From: Camelus ferus
Taxonomy: Eukaryota
Length of the DNA: 64,000 nt
Assembly: GCF_009834535.1 (NCBI RefSeq)
Contig: NC_045702.1
Coordinates: forward strand, 59,520,001 to 59,584,000
Direction: 5' to 3'
The notes beneath the pieces were generated by a model that was not told the origin of the DNA, made no database searches, and saw only the letters and a program-made list of their open reading frames with translations. This document shows positions 12,470 to 24,472 of this stretch, piece by piece (the first letter of the stretch is position 1; the number at the start of each line of letters is the position of its first letter). A program made the position numbers and the translations under genes.

Positions 12470-13272
12470 GTCTTCATGACAGTAGTCACTGTCACGACCA
12501 CTCAACTCTGCCCTTGTAACATGAAAGCAGCCACAAATTAGATAATACAAAAGCAGGTGGGCATGGCTGTGTTCCAATAAAATATTACTTATGGACACTG
12601 AAATTTGCCTTTCATGTGATTTTCATGTTGCAAAATATTACTCATCTTTTGATTTTTTAAACCATTTAAAATATAAAAATCATTTTGAGCTCATAGAGCA
12701 TTTAAAACCAGATAATAGGTACAGCCCTCTCATGGACTATGATTCAGCAATAAGAAGAAACGAACTCTTGATTCACACAACAGCTTGGATGGATCTCAAG
12801 GGCATTGTGCTGAGTGAAAAAGTCAGTCTCAGAGGCCACATACTGTATGGTTCCATTTGTGTAAGATTCTCAAAATGACAGGATTACAGAGGTAGAGACA
12901 CTGGTGGTTAAAGATGGTTGGAGACAGGGGCATGTTTGTAACTACAAAGGGGAGGCGTGAGGGAGATTTCTGTGATAATGAAACAGTTCTCTGTCTTTAT
13001 TGAAATGGTAACTACATGAATCTAGGTAGGCATGTGGTAAAACAGCCCCCCCTCACCACACACATTGTGTCAATATGAATTTCCTGGCTTTGATATTATA
13101 CTGTAATTATGTAAAGTGTAACCATTGGTGGAAACTGGGTGAAGGGCCCATGACATTTTCCTGTACTATCTTTGCCATTTCATATTCATAATGAATCTAT
13201 AATTATTTTAAAATAAAAAGTTGAGTATAAAAAATTCAAAGACAGTGGGTTGGATTTGGCTCATAGGCCACA
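12470..13272. mobile_element. MER58B-like hAT MITE split by an L1 fragment
   Basis: ctcaactctgccc...gcatggctgtgttccaataaaa...ggacactgaaattt (12470-12715), resuming with cagtgggttggatttggctcatagg (13243-13272). Confidence 0.75.
12720..13222 (+). mobile_element. L1MC-like 3' end nested in MER58B
   Basis: ggatggatctcaagggcattgtgctgagtgaaaaag...ggaaactgggtgaaggg...tattttaaaataaaaagt. Confidence 0.85.
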
Positions 13273-14199
13273 TAAGAGAAATTGGTCTTAACACATTTGC
13301 ATGTATACTGTCTTCCTTTGGAATTTGATAAGCAAAATCAGTTGAACTTTGTCACAGAGAAATACCGTTCCCCATCCATAGGGGAGGCAAATTGATCTGT
13401 GTATTTTCAATGCAGGAGGCATTGGTACTTTGACACAGTTCTATTACAGTGACAGTATTCTTATTATGCCAAATGTCTAATGTATACCTAATGATTGTAT
13501 TATACACAGAAAGCTGCTATGCACTGATTACCAACTGCTGTTTATAATCTTTTGAATGCATTTTTCTGATGCTGAAAAAAGGATGGAAAAGTCACAAGAG
13601 GGAGAAAATGGAAAAGAAAGTGATCCATAGACAATGGGGCTTCACATAGCTCCACGTGGCTACATCAAGACTCATGATGTCGGAGGGTCTCTGACAAGTT
13701 TTAAGAGCATGATAAATTTCTAGGCTCAATCGCAATAAAGCAAACAGTAGCCTCTGATTTAATATGTACGTGGCTGTCAGGGGCATGGTAACTCTTGACA
13801 CCATGAGTCCAACCAGTTACCTGCTGGTAACTGCCGAGCCTACTACACCCCAGCCAAAAGTCATCAGTCATCGTAATCAATCAGGGACCAGTTTTTCCCA
13901 TGGGGAAATTGCTTATTTAAATGTTCCGGACTATTGTCTATGTTTGTTATGATCTAATTATATTTTCAAATATTTGAGGGGTTCAGCAGAGAGGGAAAAT
14001 AAAAGGACTTGGTTCCTTTGAGCAGGGTGGGTGTTCCCAATAACTGCAAACTGAGTCATCGTGTTAGGAAAGCAGGAAGCACAGGATGCTCCCAAATGGA
14101 GCCAGACCCTGGAACTCTTCTATCTCCTTTCCACTTGGCATTAGAAGGCAGTCATTTCAGAAGGAAAGTCAAAGAGCAGTAAGAATAGAGGACCATCTT

Positions 14200-14870
14200 C
14201 CCTGTGGTGTGACGAACAAAGTTTGATAAGAACCAAGGCCAGAGAGTGGAGGAAGAGTTTCAGAAACTGAAATTAGTTCAGCTGGATGAAAGCAGAGGTT
14301 GTAGAGAGGAAAGTGGCAAAAGATGAGGCTGATGTGGCGGACAGAAGCTGGTGCAATGCTAAGGTCTTGGGAATTTATGTAAGGACATGGGAATGATTAA
14401 AAGGTTCTGAGTAAGGGTGGCCAGTGAGGTTCGGACTGTTAAGATTCACTTTGGGTGCTGGGTGGAGAACAGGGTGGAGGAGAATGAGGCTGGAGGCAGG
14501 GAGACCAGGTTAGAGATGATGGAAATAGTCCTTAGAAGAGGCGATCATGCTTGTGCTGGCACAGTGATGGTAGGAGAGGGAAGAGATGTGTATGTGATGG
14601 AATCTAGAGCCCTTGACTCTACAGAGATTGAAGGGATGTGGAGGAGGAGGGAAGGAGAAGAGTCACGAATGACCCCCATTTTTCTGGTTTGGGCAATAAG
14701 GTGGCTGACGGTATCATTCACTGAGACAGAGATCAGTATGCAGGGACTGGTTGGGACAGTGTCCAGTTTGGACATGTTTAAGTAGGAGTGACCAGAAGGC
14801 AAACACATACATAATTATGAGTCTGAGCTCAGGCAGAGAGGTGAAGAAAGAGGCAGAGGGCACACCAGAA
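14200..14870 (-). mobile_element. L2 fragment
   Basis: gggagaccaggttag...tcattcactgagacag...gtttggacatgtttaagt typical antisense L2. Confidence 0.8.
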
Positions 14871-14929
14871 ACTAGCACAGTATCGTACATCAAGTATAAT
14901 TCAATTTTTAAAATAATAATTAAAATATA

Positions 14930-15155
14930 TTAAAGCACTTATGTTCCAGGTACTATCCTGAACAATTACGTAATCTCATTTTACTCTCACATCAACTCTC
15001 TGAAGTAGATAATGTTATCCTCCCCATTTCTGCATCACAAGGAACTTGAGGTCCATAGAGGTGGGTTAGCTCACTTGCCTAGCATCACATAGTGAGTGGA
15101 GGAGAAATTTAAGCCCACGGCTCTGCGACCTCTCCCACTCACAACCACTGTGCTT
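14930..15155 (-). mobile_element. MIR SINE
   Basis: cacttatgttccaggtact...ctcacatcaactct...atcctccccattt...cacttgcctagcatcacatag. Confidence 0.75.
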
Positions 15156-15669
15156 CACCACCAAGAGCCAAGTCATCTGCCACAGAAAGATGTTGCCTCC
15201 GTCTGCAGCAATACTATTCCAAAAACAGCAGATACAATGGCATTTTTTATATTTAAAATTATATGCATATTTCTGTACCTGGAGAGAAAATGAGAGAGCT
15301 ATCTGAAAGAATCCTCCCCCATATGGCAGGAGTGTATCATGTGAGTTCAAGTTGTATTCATTGTCTTCTTGGTACTTATCCATACTGTTTGACTTTCTTT
15401 TTAAAAATCAGTGAGCATGTATCATTTTAAAATAACAATAAAGTTATGAAAATCAAAAAAACAGAGAAAGAGGTAAAGATTAAAGAGTCAGACATCAAAG
15501 CAATAGAGGTAAATGAGATGAGACAAGACGATGGGGAAACTGGGACCTAGAGAGGGTAAGACTGTCACAAATATAGTACTGTTGGACCTGGGATCACAGC
15601 CTAGGTCTTCTGACTGCCGGTGTAGTGGTCTTGCTTAAGAACCAGAAGGGAGGACAGTCCATCATGGTA

Positions 15670-15900
15670 GCTGAGAGTCTCAATTCAGGAAGAGAGAGAG
15701 CAATTTGAATCCCAACCTGGCCACACATAAACCAAGTGATATTAGGCAAGTGACCTAGTCTCTTTAAACCTGACTTTCTTAAGTTATGGTGAGCAGATAA
15801 TAATAATATCAGCCACAAGGGTGCTGGAGACTAAAGGAGAAAGCATTTCTAAAGCTTTGATCTCACTGTTTGACTTACAGTAGGGAATCAATAAATAACA
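15670..15900 (+). mobile_element. MIR SINE
   Basis: tttgaatcccaacc...taggcaagtgacctagtctct. Confidence 0.7.
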
Positions 15901-16849
15901 GTTCTTACAATTGTGTTCAATAAATAGAAGGAAAAAGTTGATACTTATATGTATCTATAAAGAATACAGTCCATATCTGGAGGGCAAAGGGTCTACAGCA
16001 TGGGCAGCACTGCTTAATATATTTGGGGGAGGAGAGAGCCCATCCAGACNNNNNNNNNNNNNNNNNNNNNNNNNNNNNNNNNNNNNNNNNNNNNNNNNNN
16101 NNNNNNNNNNNNNNNNNNNNNNNNNNNNNNNNNNNNNNNNNNNNNNNNNNNNNNNNNNNNNNNNNNNNNNNNNNNNNNNNNNNNNNNNNAATCTTTACAG
16201 AATAAACAAATCTGTTATACATGAATGATGATTATGTCTCTCTCAGTTGTGAAGGCATTTCATAACTTATTCATGCCAACCTTAGGAAGAGTTTTCCCTT
16301 AGGGAACAAAATCTTTTTGGTGAGACCTCTTTTTAGACTGTTTATGGTGATCAGTGACATTGCAGCCATATCCACTGGATATAGGTAGCTGTAAAGAGCG
16401 CATGGGGGTCCTGGGGTGATACTCCAGTCCATTCTCCAACAGGGAGAGAGTGGGCCTCTTGATCTGTTTCACGGACACTTTCCATCTTGCTGGCAGCCCT
16501 GACTGCACTCTTGAAAGTAGACCTGATGGCTGCTGCATCCGGATGGAAGCAGACAGCTCTGCTGAGAAATCTCTGCATAGGCTACTTTGCAGCTCATGCA
16601 GACAGGCATTAACTTCTGTGGCTAAGGAAAAGGGGGAAAAAAGTAGATTAGTCCAGACAAAAAGAGGCTTCAGCTTGGCCCTGAAGAAAATAACCACAGC
16701 CCCATGAATAAAATGTACAGATACATTCTAGCTAGTTTCTAATACCATCTTCATGTTCATATTGTAGAAAATTCTCCACAGGACTCATGCATTTTTGTAC
16801 ATCTTGTGAACAGAGGCTCTGATGGCCTTTGCTCCAACTGATTTTATCA

Positions 16850-17003
16850 GGACATTTGTATACCATTTTACATCCACCTTTCCATATTAAAATCCCTGCA
16901 ATCTAACGTGTACATTGTATTCTCAGCACATCTCAATTCTCACCATGTCTCACGTGCTCAGTAGCCACGTGTGGCTCATGGTTATAGTATTGGACAGCAA
17001 AGA
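16850..17003. mobile_element. MER3/MER33-like hAT MITE fragment
   Basis: gtgctcagtagccacgtgtggctcatggttatagtattggacagca terminal motif. Confidence 0.7.
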
Positions 17004-18128
17004 TCTGGAGAGATCTGTTCCCTCTACAACATCTGTCCATGTCCCTTAGCCTAGAGCTTCCAAAAATGCCTGGTGGTGGCTCTTGGGGCTGGCTCCACTA
17101 GGATGGCTATCTATATTTAACCAGGAGCTCTAGAGGAAATGGCCTGTCACAGACTGGGACACATACCCCGAGGGAGATCAGGTACCTTTGGTGTTTCTGC
17201 CACATAGAGTAGGCAGTCACCCATCTGACCTATGAATCTTGCCAGGGAGGGTGACTGGATCCAGGGGAGGTCTGTTCCCTTATTAAAGGACACTTTACAG
17301 CTCAAGTCCAGAGTCCATCACTGTCCGTAATAGATACCATCCCATCCCACCCTCCCCAAAGTAAATACCTCATGTTCTGCCTCATGTCTGACATTGGCTG
17401 GCCGGCTGACTGGCTGTCTGTCTAAAAAGAGGACGAGAAGAACGTCAGTACTTGATTAAGCCTCTTAAAAATTGAATGCACTCATTTCTTTGGTGAAGCA
17501 AATGAGTTCTGGAGAGGAGAAGTGATTGGCCCACAGTGACACAGCTGCTATGTGGCAGAATTGGATTGGAGTTACAGTCCAGACCCCTTGACCCTCAGTC
17601 CATTACATCAGGCCTCAGGTCACTTACTGTGACAATGTTGACAGAGCTCATGAATCAGATCATTTACTAGTGGAAAGTTCCAGGATCTACCCCAGAACTA
17701 CAGGCTGTTCACCTGACCCATCTGGGTCCACTCTCCCTTTCTCAAGTCATAGCTTCACACCAAAGCTAAGAAAACCAACAAACAGAAGTAAGCACTCACT
17801 GTGATACATGCTAAAGGGGCCAGAAACAGGGCGCAAAAAAAGAGAATTACAAGGAGGTTCCTACTTTCAAGAGGGAGGTCAGGGGAGGTCCCCCAAGGAC
17901 CTGAGGGATGAAAAAAAGGATCTGGGAAAAGGGCTGGCAGAGCCCCAGGCTGAGGGAACAGCAAGTGCAAGGCCCTGGGGTGAGAAAAGTTTAGCTTGTA
18001 GAGGAACTGAAGGCAGCCAGGAAGCGAGGAGTGCAAGGGCCCACGAGGCAGGAGGCCTCTATCTCATATGGAGTCTTACAGAGAAAAGCTACACATTCAG
18101 TCAGAATTTGGATTCTCCTGTCTATTTT

Positions 18129-19379
18129 TTTTATAATATATATATTTTTATATATATATACCTATTTTAAAATTGAAGTATAGTCAGTTTACAATGTTAT
18201 GTCAATTTCTGGATGTTTCAGTCATCCATGAACATACATATATTCTTTTTCAACTCTTTTTCACCATAAGTTACTAAAAGATATTGAATATAGTTCCCTG
18301 TGCTATGCAGTATGAACTTGTTGTTTATCTGTTATACATATTTGAGTTAGTATCTGCAAATCTAGAACTCCTAATTTATCCTTTCCCACTCCCTTACCCA
18401 CTGGTAACCATAAATTTGTTTTCTATGTCTGTGAGTCTATTTCTGTTTTGAAAATAAGTTTATTTGTCTTTTTCTTTTTAGATTCCACATATAAGTGATA
18501 TTATATGGTATTTTTCTTTCTCTTTCTGGCTTACTTNNNNNNNNNNNNNNNNNNNNNNNNNNNNNNNNNNNNNNNNNNNNNNNNNNNNNNNNNNNNNNNN
18601 NNNNNNNNNNNNNNNNNNNNNNNNNNNNNNNNNNNNNNNNNNNNNNNNNNNNNNNNNNNNNNNNNNNNNNNNNNNNNNNNNNNNNNNNNNNNNNNNNNNN
18701 NNNNGTGCTGCTAGGAACATTGGGGTGCATGTATCTTTTTCAATTAAGGTTCTCTCTGGATATATACCCAGGAGGGGATTGCTGGATCATATGGTAAGTC
18801 TATTTTTAGTCCTTTGAGGAGTCTCCATATTGTTTTCCATAACAGCTGCACCTACATTCCCACCAGGAGTGTAGGAAGCTTCCCTTTCCTCCACACCCTC
18901 TCCAGCATTTATCATTTGTGGATTTTCCAATGATGGCCATTCTCACTGATGTGAGGTGATACCTCATTGTAGTTTTGATTTGCATTTCTCTGATAATTAG
19001 GGATATTGAACATTTTTTCATCTGCTATTGGCCATTTTTGTACGTCTTCATTGAAGAATTGCTTGTTTAGGTCTTCTGCCCATTTTTGGATTGGGTTGTT
19101 TGTTTTTTTCTTATTAAGTTGTATGAGCTGTTTATATATTCTGGAGATCAAGCCCTTGTCAGTCTCATCTTTTGCAAATATTTTCTCCATTCTGTAGGTT
19201 GTCTTTTTGTTTTGCTTATGGTTCCCTTTGCTGTGCAAAAGTTTATAAGTTTAATTAGGTCCCATTTGTTTATTTTTGCTTTTATTTCTATTGCCTGGGT
19301 AGACTGCCCTAGGAGAACATTGCTGAGGTTTATGTCAGAGAATGTTTTGCCTGTGTTTTCTTCTGAGAGGTTTATAGTG
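18129..19379 (-). mobile_element. Young 5'-truncated L1 with 15-bp TSD
   Basis: T-tail then L1 3'UTR/ORF2 antisense; TSD tctcctgtct[a/c]tttt at 18114-18128 and 19380-19394. Confidence 0.93.
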
Positions 19380-20915
19380 TCTCCTGTCTCTTTTGATACA
19401 CAGTGAATTTCATTCTAATCTTAAATGTTGATGTTTAAACATCTTTGCTGCATTATGACCTTAAGAGAATTAGCTCTGCCACCTGCAAGAGTCCACGGGG
19501 GATGAAGGTGCCGGCCTCGCTTCTAGCCATATTTTCCTAATGCACTCAGGCAGTAGCAGCAGGAAGGAAGATAAAGCACAGCAAGGGCTGGGGGCCCTGA
19601 GGCTGAAACTGTGATTGTGTCCAACTGACCAACAAGTTCAGACATGAACAATTGGGTCCAGTCTCTTCAAATTGGAAACTGAGAACTAACACTAATAGCT
19701 TGTTCTTAAATACTCAAGGGCTTTCGTGTTCTCTGCCTTGTTGGAGGTTCAATTTCCAGCTTCAAAAGTAGATTTTTCAATCCTTCTAAATTGATTTACC
19801 TCCCTCCCTTCCTCAACCCCTATGATTGCCTGACATTGAAAGATTCTGAGACAGTCAGCCTAGGCATAGGTGGTCTCCATCTGTGTAATAGACTGCTACA
19901 CGGAGTAACACAAGGACAGAACTGTAGAATGCTAGAGCTGGAAGGAGTGTCAGAGGACAGCTCATTCTGTTTTTATTATTTATAACATATTCTTATGTGC
20001 TAAATGATTTATAGACATTTAATTAAATATCTTAGCAACCTTGCAAAATGAGTATTTATTCTTATATCTATTTTACAGATCAGGTGACTGAGGCTCAGAG
20101 AGGTTGATAACTGACCAAGTGTTGCACAGCCTTAAGTTGGGACTCAGATAGAAGTCTGATCTCTAACTCACCATACTACCTGAAGCTAGTTAGACAAACT
20201 GATAGAGAGATAGATTGATGAGGAATTAATAATAAGAGCCAGTGGTAGAATCTACATGATCCATCTTTTCTACATTTTGATTAGCTATAGAGTAGAAAAG
20301 AAAGAACATCTCTATAGTTTTAGTGTCATGTTGTTGCTTTGTTTATGTATTTTTTTTTATAAAAACGAAGGTTATATTAAACCAGTTTGGGTAAGACTGT
20401 TTTACCGAGCATCTGATTTCTTAAAAAATTACAGAGCTCTTGATACTTTCAGGAATTCTTGCAAAAGAAACTGCAGTACTGGAAGGAATGCTGCAGGTGC
20501 CAGGGCTGGAGAGCTCACTGATGCATCCCTGGTTGCTGCTCCTTCCTGCTGGTCAGACACTGGTGGGCTGAAGCACCCACCTCTTCTGATATGTCCCTCC
20601 TGAGTGCACTGAGCGGCCGGGGCAGCCTGAGCTTGATTTGCCTCTGCTTTGAGTGGAATTGCTGGGCCCAGAGGACCTCAGCCAGATTCATAAACACAGA
20701 CTTGGACTTGGTGCAAGACCTTGAGGTTTTCTGGTTCTGGGCCATAGAACTGGGCTCAACCTCTTTAAAGACTTTTGATGTAACTCCCTTGGGCAGTCAG
20801 TTTTGCTTTACTGGTATCCTATGGGACTGTGGGGAATGGTACCAAATATTTTACTCTGAGAACTATTTTTTCTCTAGATTTGTTACACCAGTGAGAGCAT
20901 TTTCAGAATAAGTTA

Positions 20916-21881
20916 TGTTAGGCAGAACTATGGCTCCCCAAAGATATTCACATCTCTATCCCCAGTACCTGTGAGCATGTTACATTTCATGGCCAAAGAG
21001 AATTAAGGGAGCAGATGGAATTAAAGTTGCTAATTGTTGTGGGTTGAATTGTCNNNNNNNNNNNNNNNNNNNNNNNNNNNNNNNNNNNNNNNNNNNNNNN
21101 NNNNNNNNNNNNNNNNNNNNNNNNNNNNNNNNNNNNNNNNNNNNNNNNNNNNNNNNNNNNNNNNNNNNNNNNNNNNNNNNNNNNNNNNNNNNNNNNNNNN
21201 NNNNNNNNNNNNNNNNACACAGATATGCACACAGGGAAGACTGCATGAGGACACAGGCAGAAGATGGCCATCTGCACCCGAGGAGTGAGGCCTCAGAAAA
21301 AATTAACCCTGCTGATACTTTGATCGCAGACTTTAACCTCCAGAATTGTAAGAAAATAACTTTCTGTTGTTTCAGCCACCCAGTGTTTCATGTTCTCTGT
21401 GTCAGTGGAATTACCATTTCCAGCTTCAAAAGTAGATTTTGCAATCCTTCTAAATTGACTTTTGTTATGGCAGCCCTAGCAAACTAATACACTAATCAAT
21501 TGACCATAACATTGGAAGGTTATCCTGGATTATCTGGATGAACCTGGTGTATTTACAAGGATCTTTAAATGTGAAAGAGCAAGGTAGGAGGGGAGGTCAG
21601 AGTGGTATGATGTGAGAACTGGACCTGCTGTTTGTTGCTGGCTCTGAAGATGGAGAAGGACAGTTGTGAGCTAAGCAATGCGGGTGGTTTCTAGGAGCTG
21701 AAACAGCAAGGAAATGGATCATCGCCTAGAGTCTCCAGAAAGCAACACAGCCTGCCCTGCCGATGCCTTGACTTTACCCGTTTTGGACTTCTGAACTATA
21801 GAACTATAAAATAGTAAATTTATGTTGTTTTAAACACTAAGTTTGTTGTAATTTGTCAGAGCAGCAACGGGAAACTAATAC
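20916..21881 (+). mobile_element. MLT1D-like LTR interrupted by MLT1B
   Basis: tgttaggcagaact...ttaaagttgctaat, resuming caattgacc...ttatcctggattatctgg...ggaaactaataca. Confidence 0.85.
21035..21491 (+). mobile_element. MLT1B-like solo LTR, nested, 5-bp TSD CTAAT
   Basis: TGttgtgggttgaattgtc...gcagccctagcaaactaataCA; CTAAT at 21030-21034 and 21492-21496. Confidence 0.9.
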
Positions 21882-22279
21882 ACCAGGGTTTTGAGCCTGA
21901 TCTGTGTAACACAACAGGATATAAGGCACAAGCCTTGCTTCTGCACCTGCTGAACATCTACTGTCCTCATTCCTCAGACCATCGAATCTCCAAAAATATC
22001 CCTACATTTATTATTTACCCATGTCTTCTGTCAGTGTTGTATAGGGAATTGGACATTTTTCTTGTGAACTCGTGGCTGGAATAAAAAATTGGAAAGTGCA
22101 ACTGCTCTGGTCTAATATCTTCACATACGAAATTCAGAATATATTTTAAAATGGCGGATAAAACCAAATCATCATGATGCCTTTAATTGAAACGTCTCCT
22201 CATTGGCCTCTGTGGGATAACCTTCCTCAGTTGTTACTGACCTTGGCGCCCCAGGCACTGGAGTTCCTGTTTTCAATGT

Positions 22280-22480
22280 GCATATTCAACAAATATTTAT
22301 TGAATGCCTTGTATATGGTAGACGGTGTTGCAGCACCCGGAATATGGCAACAAGCCAACAGAGATGCAATTCCTGCTCTTATCCCAATGCAGGAAGGCAG
22401 ACAATAAATAAATAAATGTATGCCAGCTGATAAGGGATAGGATAAAATCATAAGCAGCAGGTGAGTGGAGAGGAGCAGAT
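22280..22480 (-). mobile_element. L2 3' end
   Basis: cattcaacaaatatttattgaatgcc-type antisense L2 end. Confidence 0.65.
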
Positions 22481-24052
22481 TTCTCGGCTACGGCGACATT
22501 CAACAAAGACTTGCATGACACATCTGTGAATTCTCTGAGGTCCAGGATAATGTCTTCTTTACCGCTGTTTCTGTGCCAGGGTCAAGTCCTTATAATGTTG
22601 GTCAGGAAAACTGTTTAACACTAGATTACAGGACGATGTTGGCAGAGGCAGCATGGAAGTATAAATAATGTGTTTCATCCCATGGATGCTGGTCAGCGAG
22701 AGCTACGTGCTCCATCTTACTGGGGAGTTCTTTGCGCTCTTGGGATATGCAGCAATCACATACGTCTTAGAGCTGAGAGCTTTTTCGGGTACTAAATACC
22801 ATCTGTCACCCCAATACCAGTTCAAGATACCTTCACCAGTAAGCCTTATAGGATGGGGACTTGACTTGAAATCGGGTATTTATATTTATGCCCAAATTTG
22901 TAGCAGCTGTATCAGACTTTAGAAGCTTCCTTTGCCTCCTGCAAAGTTCTATATAACGTGAGTGCATTGTGAATCTAATCTTTTATCACTGAACTGGAGT
23001 ATTTGGCTATTGACCAGGACACTGTGATAGACCATATTGTATTGTAAAGTTAGTAACTGTGACCCCTTTTCCCCAGCAGAACCATGGTGGTGGCTAGTGT
23101 GGTCACCACTTCCATTTTGGGGTAACTTCCAATGCTCACATTTTATCTGGATGAAACTGAGGGTCCCCTTGTATTCTGCTGAGGTTGGGGGAGGTGTTCA
23201 CGTACTGGTATACCTGCTTTGCTCTCAGAAACTGACTGTTCAAGGCCCTGCTCTCAGAGCATAAGATCTCAAAGCTTTGGGGTTGTGTTCTCAATCACAC
23301 TTACTCAAGGTGTCTTATGTTTCCCCATCCTGACTCACCTCCTCCCTCCCCTTCCTGCTTTAACTAAAAATGTTGACATAGCTTTCTCCTTTGGATCCAC
23401 TAAGAAGCTGAATCATATTCCTTTCTGAGCTACCTGCAGCCCACTCTCAGGGAAGCCTTATCATGCTTGATGTGACACTTGGCAGGATTCCACAAACGAA
23501 GGATCGCAAGAGAGGGGCTCTCTGTGTCCTTGAGTCAGTGAGTCTCAGCTGTAAGGTCAGCACTTGGGAACTCTTCATTAACTTGTTTCATGGCCCTCTT
23601 TTCGCTCTGTCACCCACGTTTATCAGCCCTAGTCTTCTCTCTGCAACATGCGATACACACAAAGGGTCATTATTGCAGTCCATGGTTACATGCCTGAAAT
23701 TTCTGGTAGATGATGTGTTTTGCCAGCATTCTTGCTGGACACCTTTTTCTGTAATCTAATTTGGGAGCATGCTAGTGGCAGTAGTGGTGCCTTTTGTTTA
23801 CTTGTTTGTTTTTAACGGAGCTGAGGAAAATCAGATCTTTCGAGCATGGTCAAAGGATATGTGCATGGCACAGCTGCTCGGGGAAGGTGAAAGCTCAGAC
23901 CAGGACACACTGCTCACTTTTCTGAACCCCAGGCTTAGGCTGACGCTCAGGCTGTGTGTCAGCCCCCAGGTTTCACCAAGGTTTGGATTGGCTGCTTTCC
24001 CAGCAGGCCATGTTGGCATCCGGCGCTACAAGACACAGGTGGCCTGGGGGTT

Positions 24053-24472
24053 TGTATTGGTTTCCTGGGGCTGTCATCACNNNNNNNNNNNNNNNNNNNN
24101 NNNNNNNNNNNNNNNNNNNNNNNNNNNNNNNNNNNNNNNNNNNNNNNNNNNNNNNNNNNNNNNNNNNNNNNNNNNNNNNNNNNNNNNNNNNNNNNNNNNN
24201 NNNNNNNNNNNNNNNNNNNAGCTTCTGGTGGTGACTGTTGATTCTTGGTGTCCGCTGGTTTGCAGCCATGTCTCTATCATCACTGCTTGTTTATCACATG
24301 GCTTCTCCTGGTGTGTTTCCTTGTCTTCTTACAGGGACACCAGTCCTAGTAAATTAAGGGCCCACACTACTCCAGTATCACTGCATGTTAACTAATTACA
24401 TCTTGAATTTCCAAATAAGGCACATTCTAAGGTCACGGGGACTAGGACTTCTGGAGGACACAACCCGTAACA
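24053..24472 (-). mobile_element. MLT1B/C-like solo LTR
   Basis: tgtattggtttcctggggctg...caacccgtaaca; TSD-like gggtt/gggtc. Confidence 0.85.
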
